From NCBI GenBank assembly GCA_035389625.1, contig DAOOSE010000002.1, forward strand, positions 1-28,818: a stretch of DNA of 28,818 nt, read 5' to 3'. The position numbers and the translations under genes were made by a program. Positions within the stretch are counted from its first letter, which is position 1; every line of letters starts with the position of its first letter. The notes beneath the pieces are model-generated. The model was not told where the DNA came from. It saw only the letters and a list, made by a program, of their open reading frames with translations, and searched no databases. This document shows, piece after piece, positions 24,786 to 28,818 of the stretch. This DNA is from a bacterium. Lineage in GTDB: Bacteria; Patescibacteriota; UBA1384; XYA2-FULL-43-10; 1-14-0-10-43-13.

Positions 24786-25748
24786 ATGGAACACATCCCC
24801 ATTCTAAGAAAAACTGTTACTGAAACTTTTGATTATCTCTCCATGAGAAGCGATGTTGTTTTTGTAGATGGCACTTTAGGAGCAGGCGGACACGCCGTCG
24901 CTATTGCGACGAAGTTAAAAGAAAAAAATACTAAGTTTAAAGTTGTTGGTATCGACAAAGACCAGGGAGCACTATCGATTGCTCAAAAATATATTGAGAT
25001 CGAAGGTTTGACAGATTATTTTACGCCAGTTCATGATGACTTCAAAAACATAAAGTCAATTCTCGATAAATTGGGAATTGCAAAAATTGATGGTGCCCTT
25101 CTGGATTTAGGAGTGTCATCCATGCAATTAGACAACAAAAAGAGAGGGTTCTCCTTCCAGGATCCGTCGCAACCACTTGATATGCGCATGGACAGCTCCC
25201 AAGAGCTTGATGCAGCACACATATTGAATGAGTGGCCGATCGATAGGATTGAGAAGATTATCTTCGAGTTTGGCGAAGAGAAACTTGCAACAAAAATTGC
25301 TTGGGCCATCTCCGAAAGAAGAAAGCAAAAGCAACCACCCTTTAAACAAATTGGTGATTTAATCGATCTCCTGGCAAAAGCAATCCCTGTCAAAAGTAGG
25401 TTTGGGGGCAAAATACACTTCGCCACGCGGACTTTTCAGGCACTCAGGATTGCCGTTAATTCTGAGTTGATCTATCTAGGCGGAGCAATAAACGAGATTG
25501 TTGACTCTTTAAGACCGGCGTCGAAAATTGCAATCATCTCCTTCCACTCTTTGGAGGACAGAATAGTAAAGAATGCATTTAATTCCCTAGCCAATCCATG
25601 CACTTGCCCACCTGATCTACCCTGTGTTTGCGGAAAAAAGCCGGCTGTAAAAATTCTTATAAAAAAACCGATTGTTCCCACAACTGAAGAAGTTAAATTA
25701 AACCCACGAAGCCGTAGTGCAAAACTGCGAGTTATTGAGAAATTGTAG
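24786..25748 (+). CDS. rsmH: 16S rRNA m4C1402 methyltransferase
   Basis: HIPIL, DGTLGAGGH, DLGVSSMQLD, TRTFQALRIAVN, SFHSLEDRIVK and NPRSRSAKLR. Confidence 0.97.
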   Translation: MEHIPILRKTVTETFDYLSMRSDVVFVDGTLGAGGHAVAIATKLKEKNTKFKVVGIDKDQGALSIAQKYIEIEGLTDYFTPVHDDFKNIKSILDKLGIAKIDGALLDLGVSSMQLDNKKRGFSFQDPSQPLDMRMDSSQELDAAHILNEWPIDRIEKIIFEFGEEKLATKIAWAISERRKQKQPPFKQIGDLIDLLAKAIPVKSRFGGKIHFATRTFQALRIAVNSELIYLGGAINEIVDSLRPASKIAIISFHSLEDRIVKNAFNSLANPCTCPPDLPCVCGKKPAVKILIKKPIVPTTEEVKLNPRSRSAKLRVIEKL

Positions 25749-25765
25749 ATTAGTTCAGAAATTTA

Positions 25766-26350
25766 TTGAAAATTGAAAATTATAAAATTGAAAATTCAGA
25801 AGTTTTGATAAAACCAAAACTTCTGTTGCACTCATGTTGCGCTCCTTGTTCGACATCAACGTATGATTTTTTCATACAAAACAACAATGTGGATCTATTT
25901 TGGTTTAATCCCAACGTTTACCCCCAAGAAGAGCAAGACAAGCGATTATCTGAAGTCCGAAGACTATCAGAGATCATCGGTTGTGAAGTTGTGGAAGAAA
26001 TTACTTCACAAGCTGACCACGAAGCATGGAAGAAATTCATCTCCGGTACCGAGAGAGAACCAGAGGGAGGAAAACGATGTCACCTCTGCTATGAATACCG
26101 TATGAAAAAAGCCTTTGCGATTGCCAAAAAAAACGAATATGGCGGTGTCACCACATCACTTCTAGTTTCCCCATACAAGGACCAAAAGAAAATAAAAGAA
26201 ATCGGAAACAAACTAGCAAAGCAATATGATGTAAAATTCTTCTTTGAAGATTTTAAAGGTATCGATGGATACAGTCAGTCAATTAAACTCTCAAAAAAAT
26301 ACGGCCTCTACAGGCAAAAATATTGCGGTTGCGAGTTCTCTCTGAGATAA
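25766..26350 (+). CDS. queH: Epoxyqueuosine reductase QueH (DUF208); the start may instead be TTG 25805
   Basis: LLLHSCCAPCS, FNPNVYP, RCHLCY, TSLLVSPYK and YRQKYCGCEFS. Confidence 0.88.
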   Translation: MKIENYKIENSEVLIKPKLLLHSCCAPCSTSTYDFFIQNNNVDLFWFNPNVYPQEEQDKRLSEVRRLSEIIGCEVVEEITSQADHEAWKKFISGTEREPEGGKRCHLCYEYRMKKAFAIAKKNEYGGVTTSLLVSPYKDQKKIKEIGNKLAKQYDVKFFFEDFKGIDGYSQSIKLSKKYGLYRQKYCGCEFSLR

Positions 26351-26353
26351 GAC

Positions 26354-26767
26354 CTATCCTTGTTGGCTTAGTTCTCTCTCGATATCTCTCTTCTTTAGCA
26401 ACTCTCTTTTGTCATGTTTCTTGCGTCCCCGCCCCAGACCAATTTCAAGCTTTGCTTTGCCTCGCCTAATAATTAACCTAGTCACTACAAGTGTCAATCC
26501 TTGCTCTCCAACACGTCCTGACAATCGATTGAGTTCGTTCTTGTGAAGTAGTAGCTTGCGCGTTCTCTGGATATCCCCAGTGACTACTTCAATAATACCG
26601 CCCAGCCACCATGCCTCCCCGTCAAGAATCTTAACGTATGAAGATGCGAGGCTGACACGCTTAGCTCGAATTGCCTTGATCTCCAAACCGGTCAAAACAA
26701 TACCTGCTTCAACGGTTTCCAGAATCTCATAGTCAAAACTTGATTTACGGTTTTGAATTTCGAGCAA
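26354..26767 (-). CDS. smpB: SsrA-binding protein
   Basis: NRKSSFDYEILETVEAGIVLTGLEIKAIR, RTRKLLLHK and GRKKHDKRE. Confidence 0.93.
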   Translation of the reverse strand: MLEIQNRKSSFDYEILETVEAGIVLTGLEIKAIRAKRVSLASSYVKILDGEAWWLGGIIEVVTGDIQRTRKLLLHKNELNRLSGRVGEQGLTLVVTRLIIRRGKAKLEIGLGRGRKKHDKRELLKKRDIERELSQQG

Positions 26768-26776
26768 AATATCTCC

Positions 26777-27784
26777 TTAGGGGTTGGCAAGTTTCTTAAG
26801 AGTAGACCACTCTTGAACAACTACAAAAAGCACAGCACAGACAGGTACCGCAAGTAAAGCACCGGAAATACCAAGAAGCTTTCCACCAATAAGGACGGCG
26901 ATGATAATGATGGCAGGTGGCAATCCGACCGCTTTTTGCATTACCTTGGGGACCAGCAAATTGTTTTCCAGCTGCTGTAGAATTACAAAAAATACAGTCG
27001 TAATAATCGCCAAAATCGGAGAGATTGTTAATGCTGAAAGCACTGCCAACACTCCGCTAATGACCGGACCGACAATAGGAATAAACTCGAACACTCCCGC
27101 AATTATTGCCAAAGTAAGTGCATAAGGAATACCGATAATGGTCAATCCAATAAAGGTAATTAAACCAATAATTAAGCCAAGGAAAAGTTGTCCCCTTAAC
27201 CAGTCTCCCACCTTCTGGGCCAGCTTATTAAGCACATCTGAAGCTAAAATTTTCTTTTCCTGCGGTATCAAGGGGATAATTGCCCTGGAAAAACTTTTTT
27301 CATCCGCCAAAAAATAGAATGTAAGAATTAAAACAGTAAAAAAGGTCACCACTGCTCCAAAAAAGCTTGCAGTGAACGACAAGAAACTTCCTGTTATGTC
27401 CCCTAGATTTTGAGTTAGGGAAGAAATTCCCTTCTCAATTGTTGGAAAGTGAGTTTTTAAATTTGCATAGCGATCGATATAATCGGGCATGTTGTTTATC
27501 AGCTGGCCGACCTGCTCCACCAGTGGAGGAATGATAATATAAATAAATCCCCCAATCGCTAGCAAAGTCAATACTAATAAAGAAAGGATTGCTATGGGTC
27601 TTCCTATGTGTCGTTCCCATCGTTGCACGATAGGACGAAAAGCCGCTACTAATATTCCAACAACAAAAAGCAGGATAAAAACTTCCTTTATCCTGAAAAG
27701 CAAAACCAATACGGCTATACTTATAGTAACTTTAAGCACTGTAGAAAATGGAATGTCTAACTTTACTTTGCGATCTTCTGACAT
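26777..27784 (-). CDS. AI-2E (PerM) family transporter
   Basis: Multi-TM, with FEFIPIVGP, QQLENNLLVPK, GLPP and GALLAVP. Confidence 0.9.
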   Translation of the reverse strand: MSEDRKVKLDIPFSTVLKVTISIAVLVLLFRIKEVFILLFVVGILVAAFRPIVQRWERHIGRPIAILSLLVLTLLAIGGFIYIIIPPLVEQVGQLINNMPDYIDRYANLKTHFPTIEKGISSLTQNLGDITGSFLSFTASFFGAVVTFFTVLILTFYFLADEKSFSRAIIPLIPQEKKILASDVLNKLAQKVGDWLRGQLFLGLIIGLITFIGLTIIGIPYALTLAIIAGVFEFIPIVGPVISGVLAVLSALTISPILAIITTVFFVILQQLENNLLVPKVMQKAVGLPPAIIIIAVLIGGKLLGISGALLAVPVCAVLFVVVQEWSTLKKLANP

Positions 27785-27807
27785 GTTTCTCCTTTGATAT
27801 ATTAAAT

Positions 27808-28455
27808 CTATCTCTCAATTAACATTTTGGAGTTGCGAAGCTTTAAGGGTTCGCCAGGCCCTATCGTAACGACATCTCTCTCTGTAATAACAATATTTAG
27901 ATCTTTTGTCGAAATCTGTTCAACAATACCACCTTTTCTCTCCATTGCCGACTTTAGTAGTCTTCCATTCCCAAGCACTTGAATTTCATACCGAGATTGA
28001 TTGGCAAAGCGAGAAAGATCTGTATTAATGACAATTCTTTCGCCGTTAATGGATAGCTGGTCGGCACCGATATTCTTGATTGCATTTACTAGATCAACAA
28101 CCTGTGCAGTTGTCATTTTTCCCTCAATTGTCGCTACAATCCCCTGCCCACTCTTTCCAACCAAGCCATTCATCAAATCAAGCCTCTCATTGTCAGATAT
28201 GTATTGCTCCCTCAGTTTTTTTTCTGATTCATTGGACGAACCATAAGTTTCCAAGTCCTTGGTTAGTTTTCTAACCTCATGTCGTAGATCAGCGTTATTT
28301 TTTTCAAGCTTAGCCACCTCAACTGCTAAAACAGCACTGTTTTCAGGCTGAGTAAGCTTTTTAAGCTGAGTACCTGCGTTGACATGATTAATTACGAAAA
28401 CGCCAAGCACGACACAAACGACAAAGATTAAAATGTAATCAAGCCGCTTAAGCAT
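27808..28455 (-). CDS. DUF881 family protein
   Basis: N-terminal TM helix, coiled coil, GQGIVATI, LVNAIKNIGADQLSINGERI and YEIQVLG. Confidence 0.8.
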   Translation of the reverse strand: MLKRLDYILIFVVCVVLGVFVINHVNAGTQLKKLTQPENSAVLAVEVAKLEKNNADLRHEVRKLTKDLETYGSSNESEKKLREQYISDNERLDLMNGLVGKSGQGIVATIEGKMTTAQVVDLVNAIKNIGADQLSINGERIVINTDLSRFANQSRYEIQVLGNGRLLKSAMERKGGIVEQISTKDLNIVITERDVVTIGPGEPLKLRNSKMLIER

Positions 28456-28818
28456 TTAATTTCCAATACTGGTACTTAATGAACCATTATAGACGGGCAA
28501 CTGAATAGAATTTAACTTCCGAAAGTGGACTGTGGTAGAAAAACTTTTTTTCCTCGCTCGGAGCGAAGAGAGTGCATCATCGGAGTTCAACGCAGAATAC
28601 ATAGACTCCTGATCTCCGATTGCTTCTATTCTATATGGATTAGACAGGCGAACGTTGTTAATAAGAATTGTGTTCACTATGCAATCAACTGCCGTGCTTA
28701 TAACAATACGTTGACCATTGATAGCAATTCCCTCGGCGCCATTCGCCCAGAGCACATTGATCGTATCCCGAATATCAGCTGCGTGGATAATGGAATCCTC
28801 TGAAGCTGATATGGTCTG
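28456..28818 (-). CDS. DUF881 family protein; 5' end lies outside the window
   Basis: The frame is open to the window edge: IHAADIRDTINVLWANGAEGIAINGQRI...PYRIEAIGD. Confidence 0.85.
   Translation of the reverse strand, partial: QTISASEDSIIHAADIRDTINVLWANGAEGIAINGQRIVISTAVDCIVNTILINNVRLSNPYRIEAIGDQESMYSALNSDDALSSLRARKKSFSTTVHFRKLNSIQLPVYNGSLSTSIGN

Noticed and set aside
2265-25800. CRISPR array
   Set aside because: The only repeats are short heptamers and palindromes. There are no 25-45 bp repeats with unique spacers and no cas genes.
435-28803. Many short ORF-track entries overlapping real genes (e.g. 435-653, 1839-2096, 7545-7970, 13818-14225, 23129-23479, 25031-25426)
   Set aside because: They are antisense or alternate-frame shadows of well-supported genes, with no motifs or RBS.
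1-28818. Alternative genetic code (TGA as Gly or Trp) to explain the split genes
   Set aside because: TGA ends intact genes (dut, SDR, both MazG-like genes), long genes have no in-frame TGA, and both split genes need a frame change rather than read-through.

Overview
A 28.8 kb chromosomal window, most likely from a Patescibacteria/CPR bacterium. This is inferred from the housekeeping and salvage gene set, a long tmRNA tag, tRNA-Val(CAC), a DUF5665-like protein and heptamer intergenic repeats. It uses the standard genetic code. In order, it holds: (1) a complete minus-strand dTTP operon (dut-tmk-thyX-glyA-unknown P-loop kinase-dcd) whose predicted transcript starts at the base of a G.U-rich hairpin; (2) a frameshifted nucleotidyltransferase and a candidate ~90-nt sRNA; (3) two tRNA-Val genes enclosing a tandem pair of degenerate MazG-like proteins; (4) an XRE-HTH/Hsp20 fusion with an internal SD+ATG and a perfect palindrome over its promoter; (5) accessory genes (methyltransferases, SDR, PRTase, HD hydrolase, ArsM) and tmRNA, with two inverted paralogous multi-TM beta-propeller genes; (6) rubredoxin, a ferritin-like protein and an unannotated 57-aa zinc ribbon; (7) typA, a frameshifted RlmN-like gene, a DEAD-box helicase, a receiver protein, rsmH, queH, smpB, an AI-2E transporter and two DUF881 genes. 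No CRISPR array, rRNA, integrase or transposase was seen. The best leads are the XRE-Hsp20 module, the structured dTTP-operon leader with its orphan kinase, and the MazG-like pair. All family calls come from motif recognition; no database searches were run.
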